Positions 1 to 11,664 of a stretch of DNA of 64,000 nt are shown here, in pieces (position 1 is the first letter of the stretch; each line of letters opens with the position of its first letter). The DNA is from an uncultured bacterium (lineage in GTDB: Bacteria > Krumholzibacteriota > Krumholzibacteriia > LZORAL124-64-63). The position numbers were made by a program, and so were the translations under genes. The notes below the pieces were generated by a model. The model saw only the letters and a program-made list of their open reading frames with translations, ran no database searches and was not told the DNA's origin. The stretch is from the NCBI GenBank assembly GCA_963732385.1, contig CAVSZB010000007.1:1280001-1344000 (forward strand), read 5' to 3'.

Positions 1-1447
1 ACAGCCGCGCAGCGCCGTGGCGAGGTCCTTCTGCACTTCCAGCTGCGTCAGCTTGTCCTGGTCGCGGAAGAAGCGGGCCAGGCTGCGGCCGGGCGACGGG
101 TAGCTGTCCTGCTGCGTCGAACTCCCACCACTGCTCCACGTACGGATCGTGCACGCGGATCTCCGCGCCCATCTCGGTCAGCTTGCGCACCAGCAGTTCG
201 GAGCCGCTGTAGCGGGTGTCCCCCACATCCTCGCGGTAGCTGGCGCCCAGAACGAGCACGCCGGCCATCGCCACCGGACGACTCATATTGCGCAGGGCGT
301 CGCGCACCAGCTCGGCGGCGTGCAGGGGGCGCGTGTCGTTGATGTCAATCGCGGCGCCGGTCATCATGAAGATGTCGTCGTTCCAGCCGTGGATGTGGCG
401 GTAGGCCCAGAGACCGAGGCCACCGTCCTTGGGCAGGCAGTAGCCGCCGATGCCGGGACCGGGGAACATGATGTTCGAATGCGTGGGGCGCACCTTCACG
501 GCCTGGATCACCTTGAGCAGGTCCACGCCGTTGCGTTCGGCGAACAGGCTCCACTCGTCCATGAAGGCGAGCAGCGTGGCGCGGAAGCTGTTCTCCACGA
601 TCTTCGCCGTCTCCGACTCGATCGGCCGGTCGAGCACGGTGAGCGGGAAGTCCTGCGTGTTGAGCACTTCGCGCAGGAACTTCTCCACCCGTTGGCGCGA
701 CTCCTCGTTCACGCCGCTGCAGACGCGCCAGAAGTCGCGGATGCTCGCCACGTAGTTGCGCCCCGGCATGACCCGCTCGTAGCTGTGCGCCAGCACCGGA
801 TCGGCGTCGATCCCGCGGGCGCGGAAACTCTTCTTGAGGATCGGGAAGGCGATCTGCTCGGTGGTGCCGGGAGCGACCGTGGTCTCGATCAGGGTCAGGC
901 AGTGCGCCGGGATCCGTTCGCCGATGACGTGGAACGACTGCTCGAGCGCCGCCATGTCGACCTGGCCGGTGCGCACGTCGCCCAGATCGTTCTTGAGATA
1001 GTCGCACTGCACGTCCACCACGACCGTGTCGGCCAGCTTGAGCACGTCGTAGATCCAGGTGGCGATGAGCGTCTTCTTATCGAGGACGGTGGCGCGGATG
1101 ATCCGATCCACCTCGGGATCCTCGGCGCTCACCGGCGGCTCGCCGCGGTTGAGCAGCGGGATCTTCCAGAAGCTGCGCACGCTCGGGCGCTGCATGCCGA
1201 TGACGAACTTGCTGGGCTTGCCGCCGGCGTCGACAGCGTCGGCGCAGACGGCGGCCATGACCGCCCCCACGAAGCCGACCCCCATCACGACGACGATCTC
1301 GCGGCCGAGCGCGCGCTGCTGATCGACGATGGCGGATAACCGCGCGAACTCGGCGCCAGCGTCGCCGGGGCGCGGCAGCGGGAACCGCTCGCCGGCCGGC
1401 GAAGCGGAAAACGGGGCGGAATCCGGAATATTCGCAGTCGTCGCCAT
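1..1447 (-). CDS. Nucleotide-sugar dehydrogenase (UDP-glucose/GDP-mannose dehydrogenase family), 3' end beyond the window
   Basis: Manual minus-strand translation (absent from the ORF track because it runs off the edge): Rossmann motif VMGVGFVGAVMAAVCAD and catalytic-Cys motif PGPGIGGYCLPKDG; ATG at 1447 preceded by AAGGAG. Confidence 0.85.
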   Translation of the reverse strand, partial: MATTANIPDSAPFSASPAGERFPLPRPGDAGAEFARLSAIVDQQRALGREIVVVMGVGFVGAVMAAVCADAVDAGGKPSKFVIGMQRPSVRSFWKIPLLNRGEPPVSAEDPEVDRIIRATVLDKKTLIATWIYDVLKLADTVVVDVQCDYLKNDLGDVRTGQVDMAALEQSFHVIGERIPAHCLTLIETTVAPGTTEQIAFPILKKSFRARGIDADPVLAHSYERVMPGRNYVASIRDFWRVCSGVNEESRQRVEKFLREVLNTQDFPLTVLDRPIESETAKIVENSFRATLLAFMDEWSLFAERNGVDLLKVIQAVKVRPTHSNIMFPGPGIGGYCLPKDGGLGLWAYRHIHGWNDDIFMMTGAAIDINDTRPLHAAELVRDALRNMSRPVAMAGVLVLGASYREDVGDTRYSGSELLVRKLTEMGAEIRVHDPYVEQWWEFDAAGQLPVARPQPGPLLPRPGQADAAGSAEGPRHGAARL

Positions 1448-1636
1448 CCTGCTCTCCTTGGCTGACCCGTGGGCGATGCCGCTCCTTGCGGCGCTCCCCC
1501 CATTGTCCGTCGTCGGGCGCCCAAGCGCCAGTCCGCAGTGCGCCGCCAGCCGCCGCCGGCCCTCGCCCGGCGCGGCTTCCCCTTTGCGGCGCGGGCGGGC
1601 GGCGTGCTATCGTCCCGCCACGAAAGGGGATGCCAC

Positions 1637-2872
1637 ATGCGCCTCGTCACTGTCTGGTGCGCCCTGCTCGCGATCGCCGGCACCGCCACCGCGGCCCCCC
1701 CGCCACCGGTCGGGGGCACCATCACCATCGTGGAGAGCTTTCCCGTCGGCACTCCGTACGACCTGCCGCAGCTGCCCAACGCCCCCGACGTCTGGCGCGA
1801 GATGATCGGCCGGGCGCGGCACAGCCTCGACATCGAGTCCTTCTACTTCAGCGAAGATCCCGGCCGCGACGACCCGCTCGACGCGGTGCTGGCCGCGGTC
1901 GAGGCCGCCGCGCGCCGCGGCGTGAAGGTCCGCGCGCTTGCCGACCGGAAGATGAACGCCACCTATCCCGAAATCTGCGGCCGCCTCGGCGCGTGGCCCG
2001 GCGCGGAGTGCCGTCTGCTCGACGCCCGCGCGCTCTGGGGCGGGGTGCAGCACGCGAAGCTGTTCCTGGTGGACGGCGAGGAATTCTACGTCGGCAGCCA
2101 GAACTGGGACTGGCGCGCGCTCGAGCACATCCGCGAAACCGGCGCCCGCGTGCGCAGCCCTCTCCTCGCCGCAGCGCTCGGGCGGGTGTTCGCGCTCGAC
2201 TGGGCGCTGGCGGGCGGGGGCGGCCTGGCCGACGCCGGGCTGCCGGCCGCACCGCCGGTCTGTCGCGACCGTCTCCTCACCTCCGGTGGCGACACCGTCG
2301 ACGTGGCGCTGGCGGCGAGCCCGCCGCAGGGCCTGCCGCCGGGCGTGCCGTGGGACTGGCCGCTCCTCGAGGCGACCATCGACTCGGCGCGCGCCCGCGT
2401 GCGGCTGCAACTGCTCTCGTACAGCCCCGGCGAGCGGGGCGGCGGCTACTGGGACGATCTCGACGCCGCGCTACGACGCGCCGCCGCCCGCGGCGTGCAG
2501 GTGGAGATCATCCTGTCCAACTGGGCCAAGCGGAAATCTGCGCTGTCGTGGATCAGGAGCCTGGCCGCGGCCCCCAACGTCGCCGTGCGGTTCACTAACA
2601 TCCCCGAAGCGACGACCGGGTACATCCCCTTCGCCCGCGTCGAACACGCCAAGTACCTGATCGCCGACGACAACGCCTGCTGGCTCGGCACCTCGAACGG
2701 CTCGCGCGACTACTTTCACGAATCGCGCAACGTCAGCCTGTTCATCCGCGGCCGCCCCGGCCACGGCGTGGCCGCCGACCTGGCCGCCGTCTTCGCCACC
2801 AGCTGGAACGGTCCCTACGCCGAACCGGTCAGCCCGTGCGGCGAGTACACGCCGCCCCGAACCGGAGAGTAG
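1637..2872 (+). CDS. Secreted phospholipase D family protein (PLD3/K4-like, two HKD motifs)
   Basis: Signal peptide MRLVTVWCALLAIAG; HAKLFLVD...GSQNWDWR and HAKYLIAD...GTSN motifs. Confidence 0.85.
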   Translation: MRLVTVWCALLAIAGTATAAPPPPVGGTITIVESFPVGTPYDLPQLPNAPDVWREMIGRARHSLDIESFYFSEDPGRDDPLDAVLAAVEAAARRGVKVRALADRKMNATYPEICGRLGAWPGAECRLLDARALWGGVQHAKLFLVDGEEFYVGSQNWDWRALEHIRETGARVRSPLLAAALGRVFALDWALAGGGGLADAGLPAAPPVCRDRLLTSGGDTVDVALAASPPQGLPPGVPWDWPLLEATIDSARARVRLQLLSYSPGERGGGYWDDLDAALRRAAARGVQVEIILSNWAKRKSALSWIRSLAAAPNVAVRFTNIPEATTGYIPFARVEHAKYLIADDNACWLGTSNGSRDYFHESRNVSLFIRGRPGHGVAADLAAVFATSWNGPYAEPVSPCGEYTPPRTGE

Positions 2873-2887
2873 AGGGAGGGAATCGAG

Positions 2888-3448
2888 ATGGCGCGCGTGC
2901 CGGCCCGACTCGAGAAGAAGAGCTGCGTCCTCATCGTGGTGGACGTGCAGGAGCGGTTCCGGGATCTGATCGCCGACATGGACGGGGTCATCCTCGCCTG
3001 CGGGCGATTGATCCGCTTCTGCGACCGACTCGACATCCCGATCGTCGTCACGGAGCAGTACCCGCGGGCCCTCGGCCGCACCGTGCCGGAACTGGCGTCG
3101 CTCGTGCCCGACTACGCGCCGATCGAGAAGCTGACCTTCTCGTGCGCGGGCGATCGCCATTTCGGCGCCCGGCTGCAGGTGCTGGGCCGCTCGCAGGTGA
3201 TCCTGTGCGGCATCGAAACGCACGTCTGCGTCTACCAGACGGCGTTCGACCTGCTGGCGCAGGGGCGGCAGGTCGCGGTGGCGGCCGACGCGGTGTCGTC
3301 CCGCCTGTCGGCGAATCGCGACCTGGGCCTGGCCCGGATGCGCGAACTGGGCGCGCCGTTGATGCCGGCCGAAATGATCATGTTCGAGATCCTGCGCGAA
3401 GCCGGCACCGCCGACTTCAAGGCGGTCGCCGACCTGCTGAAGGGATAG
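2888..3448 (+). CDS. Isochorismatase-family cysteine hydrolase
   Basis: VVDVQERF, TEQYP, EKLTFSC and GIETHVCVYQT motifs. Confidence 0.9.
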   Translation: MARVPARLEKKSCVLIVVDVQERFRDLIADMDGVILACGRLIRFCDRLDIPIVVTEQYPRALGRTVPELASLVPDYAPIEKLTFSCAGDRHFGARLQVLGRSQVILCGIETHVCVYQTAFDLLAQGRQVAVAADAVSSRLSANRDLGLARMRELGAPLMPAEMIMFEILREAGTADFKAVADLLKG

Positions 3449-3454
3449 TCCGCC

Positions 3455-4018
3455 ATGCCGCTGCCGTTTTTTCCCACCCCCGGCCGCCGCCGACGCGCCC
3501 GGCTCGCCGCCCTCCCCGCGGAGGTACGCGCCGAACTGAACGCCGCGCCCCCGTCACCTTTGGCCGCCCCGCTGCTGGCCGGCGCCGCGGTCGGCGTGGC
3601 GCTGGCCTGCGGGCTCAGCCTGTTCGCCTGGACCTCCCTGCCCGACCATATCCCGTCCCACTTCGGCCCCGACGGCCGCGCCGACGCCTGGGACGGCCGG
3701 AGCACCCTGTTCATCTTCCCCGTCATGACCCTGTTCCTGTTCGGCATGATGACCCTGCTGACCCGCTCTCCCGCCACCTACAACTACCCCTTCGCCATCA
3801 CGCGCGACAACGCCCGCCGCCAGGCCACGCTCGCCATGGGCCTGATCGCCTGGCTCCGCTTCGCCACCATCTGGCTGATGACCTACCTGGAATACGGCGT
3901 CATCGCCGCCGCGCGCGACGAAAACGCCACCCTCGGCTACTGGTTCCTGCCGGTCGTGCTGCTGCTGATCGTCGGGCCGGTGGTCGGGTACCTTGTCGCG
4001 GCGTGGCGGGGGCGGTAG
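3455..4018 (+). CDS. DUF1648/SdpI-like membrane protein
   Basis: LPDHIPSHFGPDGRADAW motif plus about four hydrophobic segments. Confidence 0.75.
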   Translation: MPLPFFPTPGRRRRARLAALPAEVRAELNAAPPSPLAAPLLAGAAVGVALACGLSLFAWTSLPDHIPSHFGPDGRADAWDGRSTLFIFPVMTLFLFGMMTLLTRSPATYNYPFAITRDNARRQATLAMGLIAWLRFATIWLMTYLEYGVIAAARDENATLGYWFLPVVLLLIVGPVVGYLVAAWRGR

Positions 4019-4021
4019 CCT

Positions 4022-5428
<1,407 letters not shown>

Positions 5429-5446
5429 GCCCACCTCCGCCGCGCG

Positions 5447-6538
5447 TCAGGCCGGCGCGACCGGGAAGTCCACCGTCACCCGCGCGCCGCCCGCCTCGCG
5501 GTTCACGGCGCCGATGCGCGCCCCGTGATCCTCGGCGATGCGGTGGCAGATCGCCAGCCCCAGCCCGGTACCGGCGGGGCGCGTGGAGAAGAACGGCGTG
5601 CCGAAATTCTCCAGCGCGTCGGCGGTGAAACCGGGCCCGTCATCCTCCACCGTGAGCGTGTTGAGTTCCTCGTGGCGGACCACCCGCACCGCGACCTCGC
5701 CGCTGGCGCCCGCCGCTTCGCCCGCGTTGAGCACCAGGTTGAGCAGGAGCTGGCGCAGCTGCTCGCGGTCGCCGGTCACCAGGCACACCTCCGCCGGACG
5801 CGGACCGGTCAGGTGCGGCGCCCCCTCGCGGTGCGCGGCCAGTTCGAGGACCTGTCGCGCCTCGGCCGCCAGATCGACCGTTTCGCGCGCTCCCGGCTGC
5901 GGTCGGGCGAAGGCGAGGAAGCGGGTCAGCACGCCGTTGAGACGACCCGCCTCCTCCGTCAGAACCCGCACCAGGCGTCCCTTGGGATGAGGCGCCGGAA
6001 AATCGTCGGCCAGCACCTCGGCCGCCCCCTGGATCGAGGCGAGCGGATTGCGGATCTCGTGCGCCAGTCCGGCCGACAGCCGCCCCACCGCGGCCATCCG
6101 CGCCTGCCGCACGAGCTGCGTCTCCATCTCCGCCTTCTCGCGCAGCGCCCGCTCGAGACCGACGGCGGTGGCCTGCAGTTCGTCGCGCGTCTGCCGTTCG
6201 CGGGAGACCAGCACGCCCGAGACGAGGCCCACGGCCAGATAGAGCAGCATCTCGAGCCCCTTCTCCAGCGTGGGCGCGGGATCGCGGCCGATCAGGCCGA
6301 ACGCGTGCGGCGCGTAGAGCGCGCAGACGGCCAGCGACGTGGCGAGACTGGCCGGCCAGCCCCCCAGGAACGCGGCGAAGATGATCGGGAAGTAGTAGAG
6401 GCGACGGTAGATGCCGTGCGCGCCGTGCAGGTGGAACGACGTATTGTAATGCAGCAGGGAGATGACGACGACCATCAGCGCGATGACCGCATAGCGCTCG
6501 CGCACCCGGCTGCCGGCGGGCGGCCCGGCGCCGCTCAC
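5447..6538 (-). CDS. Membrane sensor histidine kinase, cognate to the downstream NtrC-type regulator
   Basis: N-terminal TM helices; H-box AHEIRNPL; N-box NLVLNA; G-boxes DDGPG and GTGLGL. Confidence 0.9.
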   Translation of the reverse strand: MSGAGPPAGSRVRERYAVIALMVVVISLLHYNTSFHLHGAHGIYRRLYYFPIIFAAFLGGWPASLATSLAVCALYAPHAFGLIGRDPAPTLEKGLEMLLYLAVGLVSGVLVSRERQTRDELQATAVGLERALREKAEMETQLVRQARMAAVGRLSAGLAHEIRNPLASIQGAAEVLADDFPAPHPKGRLVRVLTEEAGRLNGVLTRFLAFARPQPGARETVDLAAEARQVLELAAHREGAPHLTGPRPAEVCLVTGDREQLRQLLLNLVLNAGEAAGASGEVAVRVVRHEELNTLTVEDDGPGFTADALENFGTPFFSTRPAGTGLGLAICHRIAEDHGARIGAVNREAGGARVTVDFPVAPA

Positions 6539-7698
6539 GGCGCGCCGCCTTCCATCACCACGACCACCTCGATACGACGATTCTGCTCGCGGCCGGCCGC
6601 GGTCTGGTTGGAGACGAGCGGTCGATCGGGCCCGACCCCCTCCACGGTCACCGCGCGCGCCGCCAAAGCTCCGAGCCGGACCCGCAACTCCGCCGCCACC
6701 GCTTCGGCGCGGGCGCGAGCCAGGCGCAGATTCTCGGCGCGGCCGCCGCTATCGTCGGTGTGCCCCTCCACCCGCAGCGCGGCGCCGGGAAACGCCGATA
6801 CCGCCGCCACCACTGCCGCCAGGGCCTCCGCCATGGCGGGGGTGACCTCGGTCCTGCCGGCGCCGAAGGCCAGGCCAGGGTGGCGCAGCACCAGGTCGCC
6901 CGTGGGACTCAGCGCCGCCGCACCGCCCGCGGCCATGAAGAGGTCGGTGACCTGGCGCACCAGGGCGGCGCGCTCCCGTCCCGCCCGCAGGTGCGCTTCG
7001 ACCGCCGCGCGGTCCGCCTCGGCCACGCCGGCGCGCAGTTCCATCTCCCAGAGACTCTGCTGCAGGTCGCTCAGATGCCGGCGCAGGTCGGCCAGTGACG
7101 AATCGCGCGCGACCAGCTCGAGCTGCAGCGTTTCCCGCTCCAGACGCCGTTCGGCCCCGAGCGAATCGGCCAGCCCCAGACAGCGCAAACGCCTCCGGCC
7201 CACGGAATCGACCACGGCACGCGCGAGTTCCACGCCGGCTGCGGCCGGATCCGGCGCCACCCCCGCGGCCCGCGCGCAGGCGCGCAGATCGCGGTCGTAG
7301 ACATCGGCCACCGCCTGCCAGGCCTGCTTCTGGCGCCGCAGGTCGCGCACGAACCGGGCCGTGAGCCACAGATGCGTGGCGGAAACCTGCGCATCCTGCA
7401 CGGCGGCGGCGCAGGCGCCGGCGCGCGCCCCGTCGGGATCGGCCGCGATCCGCGCCGCCGCGGCGGACACCGCCGCCTCGGCCGCGTCGTGCAGGCGGGG
7501 CAGCGTCTTGCCGGCCCCCAGCGCCTTCGCCTCAGCGAGCGCGGTCCGCGCCGGCGCGAGCAGCTCGGACTGCAAAGCCAGCGTTGCCGGATCCACCGCC
7601 GGCTTTCCCGCCCGCCCCGCCGACGCCGCCAGACACGCCGCAGTCGCCAGAGCCAGCGCGACCCCCCGTCCACCCGACCGCCATCCGCGTCTCCTCAT
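6535..7698 (-). CDS. OmpA-family peptidoglycan-binding protein with a coiled-coil N-terminal region
   Basis: VEGHTDDSG...NLRLARARAEAV...GREQNRRIEV; signal-like N-terminus; start overlaps the upstream stop. Confidence 0.85.
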   Translation of the reverse strand: MRRRGWRSGGRGVALALATAACLAASAGRAGKPAVDPATLALQSELLAPARTALAEAKALGAGKTLPRLHDAAEAAVSAAAARIAADPDGARAGACAAAVQDAQVSATHLWLTARFVRDLRRQKQAWQAVADVYDRDLRACARAAGVAPDPAAAGVELARAVVDSVGRRRLRCLGLADSLGAERRLERETLQLELVARDSSLADLRRHLSDLQQSLWEMELRAGVAEADRAAVEAHLRAGRERAALVRQVTDLFMAAGGAAALSPTGDLVLRHPGLAFGAGRTEVTPAMAEALAAVVAAVSAFPGAALRVEGHTDDSGGRAENLRLARARAEAVAAELRVRLGALAARAVTVEGVGPDRPLVSNQTAAGREQNRRIEVVVVMEGGAP

Positions 7699-8726
7699 CC
7701 GTGCGACCTCCGGTCCGCTTCCCCCACGACCGCCACCGCGTCGATCGCGGCCGCGACCACCGCGTCCACCCCGACGGTCTCCAGACAGTTCCACAGCCGG
7801 CACCGCGGGCCGAGACAGGCCAGCCGGGCCGGGCAGAGCACGTCCGGAGCAACCGACCGCGCGCGCGGTCCGAGCGGCCCCCAGCGCTCCGCGCTCTGGA
7901 CCGGCACCGGCGACATCACCCCCACGGCCGCCAGGCCGAGCGCCGCCGCCAGATGCAGCGGCCCGGTGCTCGGGGCGACCATCAGGTCGCCGCCCGACAG
8001 CACACCGAGCAGCTCGCGCAGGTCATAACGACCGGCGAGCGACGTCACCGCCGGACCGGCCGCGGCGGCCGCGGCCGCCACCGCCTCGCCATCGCTCTCG
8101 CCGCCGGTGAGGAAGAGGCGCCAGCCGTCGCGCATCGCCAGCCTGGCCGCCGCAGCGCCGAAACGCTCCGGCGGCCAGCCGAGCGCCGAGCCGCCCGAAC
8201 CGGCGTGGACGAACGCCACCACCGCGGACCCGGGCGCCGCCGTCGCGCGGAAGCGACGGCCCGCCTGGAGCTGCGCCCCGCTCAACGCCAGGCGCGGCGC
8301 GGCAAACTCTCCCCCCGCCTCCTCCCGCGCCAGCGCGGCCACGAGCCCCACGTTGTAGTCGCGTTCGTGCAATCCCCCCCGGGATCGCCGCTGCCACACG
8401 CCGCGGCTGAGCAGCAGCCAGCTCGTCCACCGCGAGAGCGGCCCCACACGTCGCCGCACGCCGATCCGCCGCAAATGCGCCGCCACCGCGCGGTCGTACA
8501 CCAGCAGCACCGCGGCGTCGAACCGCTCCGCGCCGAGCCGCGGCGCGTCGTCGGGCCAGGTCCAGACGCGCGCCAGTCCCGGTTCGTGCTCCACGAGCGG
8601 CACCGCGCGCGCCGCCACCAGCGCGTGGATCTCCCAGGCCCGACGGTGCGCCTTCAGCCAGGCGATCGCCGGCAACGACAACACGACGTCGCCCAGCTTG
8701 TCGGTGCGCGAGATGAGGACCTTCAC
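7695..8726 (-). CDS. Glycosyltransferase family 9 (LPS heptosyltransferase-like)
   Basis: GTG start VKVLISRTDKLGDVV; HAGSGGSALGWP; STGPLHLAAALG. Confidence 0.88.
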   Translation of the reverse strand: MKVLISRTDKLGDVVLSLPAIAWLKAHRRAWEIHALVAARAVPLVEHEPGLARVWTWPDDAPRLGAERFDAAVLLVYDRAVAAHLRRIGVRRRVGPLSRWTSWLLLSRGVWQRRSRGGLHERDYNVGLVAALAREEAGGEFAAPRLALSGAQLQAGRRFRATAAPGSAVVAFVHAGSGGSALGWPPERFGAAAARLAMRDGWRLFLTGGESDGEAVAAAAAAAGPAVTSLAGRYDLRELLGVLSGGDLMVAPSTGPLHLAAALGLAAVGVMSPVPVQSAERWGPLGPRARSVAPDVLCPARLACLGPRCRLWNCLETVGVDAVVAAAIDAVAVVGEADRRSHG

Positions 8727-9466
8727 GGCCGACCGGCCCGCCAGATCTTCACGTACTTGACGAGCACGTAGTACGCCGAGCAGAGGCAGAGCACGAGCCC
8801 GTGCCAGCCGTCGAGGAAGCCGAGGCGCAGGAAGTACATGCGCAGGAACGTCAGCTTCGCCCGCAGCACCGCTCCCGGCAGCGACGCGCGCCGCCCCGCC
8901 CCGATCGCCTCCTGTGCCGCCAACGTCGTGTAACGGTTGAGACGGGCCACGTACTGTTCCATCGTCTCGTACGTGTAGTGACGCAGCAGGCCGTCCAGCC
9001 GCCCCACCGGCCCCCGCACCTCGACCGACTCGTGCACTGGCTTGTCGTTGAAGCCGGACCGCTCCTTGTCGAACAGCCGCACCACCCACTCGGGGTGCCA
9101 GCCGCAGTGCCGGATCCAGCGCCCCAGGAAGCGAGACTGCCGGTTCACCGCATAGGCCGCGTGCGGGGGATCGTCGGCGAGCGCCAGCAGCGAGGCGCGC
9201 AGTTCGGGGGTCAGCTCCTCGTCGGAGTCGATGCTCAGCACCCAGCGGTTGCGGGTGTGCGCCACCGCGGCCGCCTTCGTGCGGCCGAAGCCCTGCCACT
9301 CGCCGCGCACGACGCGGGCGCCGAACCGCTCGCACAGCTGCACCGTGCCGTCGTCGCTCGCCTGATCGAGTACCACGATGTCATCAAGCCCCGCGAGCGA
9401 GACGAGGCAGCGTTCGAGCCCCGCCTCGACCGCGTTATGGGTGATGATCGCCGCCGAGATCCTCAC
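8723..9466 (-). CDS. Glycosyltransferase family 2 (WaaE/KdtX-like LPS core glucosyltransferase)
   Basis: GTG start VRISAAIITHN; WVLSIDSDE; VHE; YFLRLGFLDGWHG. Confidence 0.88.
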   Translation of the reverse strand: MRISAAIITHNAVEAGLERCLVSLAGLDDIVVLDQASDDGTVQLCERFGARVVRGEWQGFGRTKAAAVAHTRNRWVLSIDSDEELTPELRASLLALADDPPHAAYAVNRQSRFLGRWIRHCGWHPEWVVRLFDKERSGFNDKPVHESVEVRGPVGRLDGLLRHYTYETMEQYVARLNRYTTLAAQEAIGAGRRASLPGAVLRAKLTFLRMYFLRLGFLDGWHGLVLCLCSAYYVLVKYVKIWRAGRP

Positions 9467-10509
9467 GATACCGCCTCCCGCGCGCCGTCTGGCGCCAGCA
9501 GCACCTTGCCCACGTTCAGCCGGTCCTGCAGCCGATGATGCGCGGCCGCCGCCTCCGCGAACGGGTAGACGCGGTCCACGCGCGGACTCACTCCCCCCTC
9601 CGCCAGCAGGCGCACCAGTTCGGTCATCCAGCCACGCACCCGTTCCCCCTCGTTCCAGAGCTGCCCCAGATTGACCCCCATGACGCCGCGGTTGTCGTTC
9701 ATGAGCCGGATCGGGTTCAGCGCCAGCCACGGCACGCCGGCCAGGGTGCGCAGCACCGCCAGGCGCGACCGCGTCTTGCCGGGCGCCGCGCTCGAAAATC
9801 CGAACAGGACCAGGCGACCGGTCGGCGCCAGAGCCGCGTAACTTTCCCGGATCCAGGCGCCGTGCCGCGGCTCGAGCACCAGGTCCACGCCGCGCCCGCC
9901 GGCCGCCGCCCGCACCGCGGCGGCGAAATCGCGCCGCCGCGAATCGCAGCAGAATTCCACGCCGCGCTCGGCAAGCACCGCGTGTTTGGCCGGCGAAGCG
10001 GAGCCGAACACGCGCGCCCCGGCGCGTCGGCAAAGCTCGACGGCCGCCAGCCCCACGCCACCGGCGGCGCCGTGCACGAGCACGGTGTCGCCCGCCTTCA
10101 CCCCCGCCATCACGACGAGCATCTGCCAGGCGGTGAGGTAGTTGACCGGCAGGGCCGCCGCAATCGTCAGCGGCACGCCGTCGGGCACCGGGAATACCGC
10201 CTCGCGCGCCACGCACAGCAGATCGGCGTAGCCGCCGAACCGGCAGAAGGCCAGCACCCGCTCCCCCACGCGCGCCGCCGGCACCCCCGCGCCCACGGCG
10301 TCGATCACACCGGCCGCCTCGTATCCCGGCACGGCCGGCAGCCGCGGCGCATCGGGGTAGATGCCGAGCCGCATCATCACATCGGCGAAATTGACCCCCG
10401 CCGCGGCCACGCGCAGCCGCACCTGGCCGGGGCCCGGCTCGGGGTCGGGCGCCTCGCGCACCTGCAACGTTTCGGGCGGACCTGCCCGCGTCACCCAGAC
10501 CTGCCGCAT
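9463..10509 (-). CDS. Medium-chain dehydrogenase/quinone oxidoreductase (VAT-1-like)
   Basis: GVNFADVMMRLG, PGYEAAG, PVNYLTAW, VHGAAGGVG, NVGKVLL. Confidence 0.88.
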   Translation of the reverse strand: MRQVWVTRAGPPETLQVREAPDPEPGPGQVRLRVAAAGVNFADVMMRLGIYPDAPRLPAVPGYEAAGVIDAVGAGVPAARVGERVLAFCRFGGYADLLCVAREAVFPVPDGVPLTIAAALPVNYLTAWQMLVVMAGVKAGDTVLVHGAAGGVGLAAVELCRRAGARVFGSASPAKHAVLAERGVEFCCDSRRRDFAAAVRAAAGGRGVDLVLEPRHGAWIRESYAALAPTGRLVLFGFSSAAPGKTRSRLAVLRTLAGVPWLALNPIRLMNDNRGVMGVNLGQLWNEGERVRGWMTELVRLLAEGGVSPRVDRVYPFAEAAAAHHRLQDRLNVGKVLLAPDGAREAVS

Positions 10510-10528
10510 GGCGCCCTCCCTGACCGGT

Positions 10529-10981
10529 TCAACCGGCCGCCGACGCCTGTCCTGCCAGGAATTCCGCCACCACCGCGGCGATTCCCGCCTCGTCGCAGTG
10601 CCGCACGGTCAGCAGCGGCGACGGATTGCCCACGATCATGGCCGACGGCAGCACTTCGGCCAGCGCCGCATCGCGCAGGCAGAGCGTCGGCAGGCCGAGA
10701 CGCAGCGCCTCACCGATTTCGAACCCGACCCCCAGCGACGGCACCGAGATCTCGGCGATCAGCGCGTCGCTCGCGCCCAGCCAGGCCAGGTCGCGCGCGA
10801 AAATGCGCCGCGCGCGATCGGGACCGTTGTCGGCGAAATCGGCAGCGGGGTCGATCACCGGCGTCGACAGCACAACCCACCCCGCCCGCGCAGCCGCCCG
10901 CGCGATCGCCGCCAGTCGCGGCGCGGCGCTCCGGCCCGCCGACATCGCGCCGGCCACGTACAACTGGCGGTCCGGCCTCAC
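10529..10981 (-). CDS. Nucleoside 2-deoxyribosyltransferase / DNPH1(Rcl)-like nucleotide N-hydrolase
   Basis: LYVAGAM...IFARDLAWL..SDALIAEISVPSLGVGFEIG. Confidence 0.8.
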   Translation of the reverse strand: MRPDRQLYVAGAMSAGRSAAPRLAAIARAAARAGWVVLSTPVIDPAADFADNGPDRARRIFARDLAWLGASDALIAEISVPSLGVGFEIGEALRLGLPTLCLRDAALAEVLPSAMIVGNPSPLLTVRHCDEAGIAAVVAEFLAGQASAAG

Positions 10982-11529
10982 GGAGCCGGCGTTTTCGCCA
11001 GCGGCGGCAGCGGCTCGCTGGTGATGCGAATGTCATCGATCCAGGCCCGCCCATTGCCGTCGAGCACCAGGTTCACGCGCAGCAGATCAGGCCGCTCGCC
11101 CTTCTCGCAGCGGTACTCGATCCGCACCGGCGTCCAGTTACGCGTCTTGCCGATGACCCCGTCCGGATTGCGCGCCTGCACCTCATTGCGTCCCGGCGCG
11201 TTGATCCAGAGTTCGGGAAAGACCCGGCCGTGGACCCCCACGCTCTTGAGCTGCGCGGTCAGGACGATGAGTCGTCCCTCCAGATCGCGCGGATTGCGTA
11301 TCTCGTACAGGCGCACCGTGCGGGGACGCTCTGACTCGGCGCGCAGCGACCCGCCGCCGTCGGAGCTCTCCTCCCGATCGAACACAACGTTTTCGCCGCC
11401 GCGATCCACGATATCCTGGTCGCCATCCAAGGGGAACGACGCCACTTCCACCGGCCCCCGTCCGCAGCCTCCTGCCGCCAGGGCCGCCGTGATCGCGATG
11501 CTCAGCAAGGACAGAACCACGCGCCGCAT
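10978..11529 (-). CDS. Putative lipoprotein, possibly with a carbohydrate-binding-like beta-sandwich
   Basis: MRRVVLSLLSIAITAALAAGGC lipobox-like signal; GGAGG RBS; C-terminal WIDDIRI. Confidence 0.65.
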   Translation of the reverse strand: MRRVVLSLLSIAITAALAAGGCGRGPVEVASFPLDGDQDIVDRGGENVVFDREESSDGGGSLRAESERPRTVRLYEIRNPRDLEGRLIVLTAQLKSVGVHGRVFPELWINAPGRNEVQARNPDGVIGKTRNWTPVRIEYRCEKGERPDLLRVNLVLDGNGRAWIDDIRITSEPLPPLAKTPAP

Positions 11530-11664
11530 AACCACCTCCCGCTGGACTTCCCACGCCCCGAACTGGCACCGCAGCCGGGCCGAACCGGCGTAAAGGTACC
11601 ACAAGCCCGCCCTCCGGACCACGCAGAGGTGGCGCGCGGGCCGACCGCGCCGCATGATGGAGTC

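Noticed and set aside
11530..11664. Possible yybP-ykoY manganese riboswitch upstream of mntP
   Set aside because: Only 135 bp shared with a divergent gene and no recognisable conserved riboswitch core by eye; an Rfam scan would settle it
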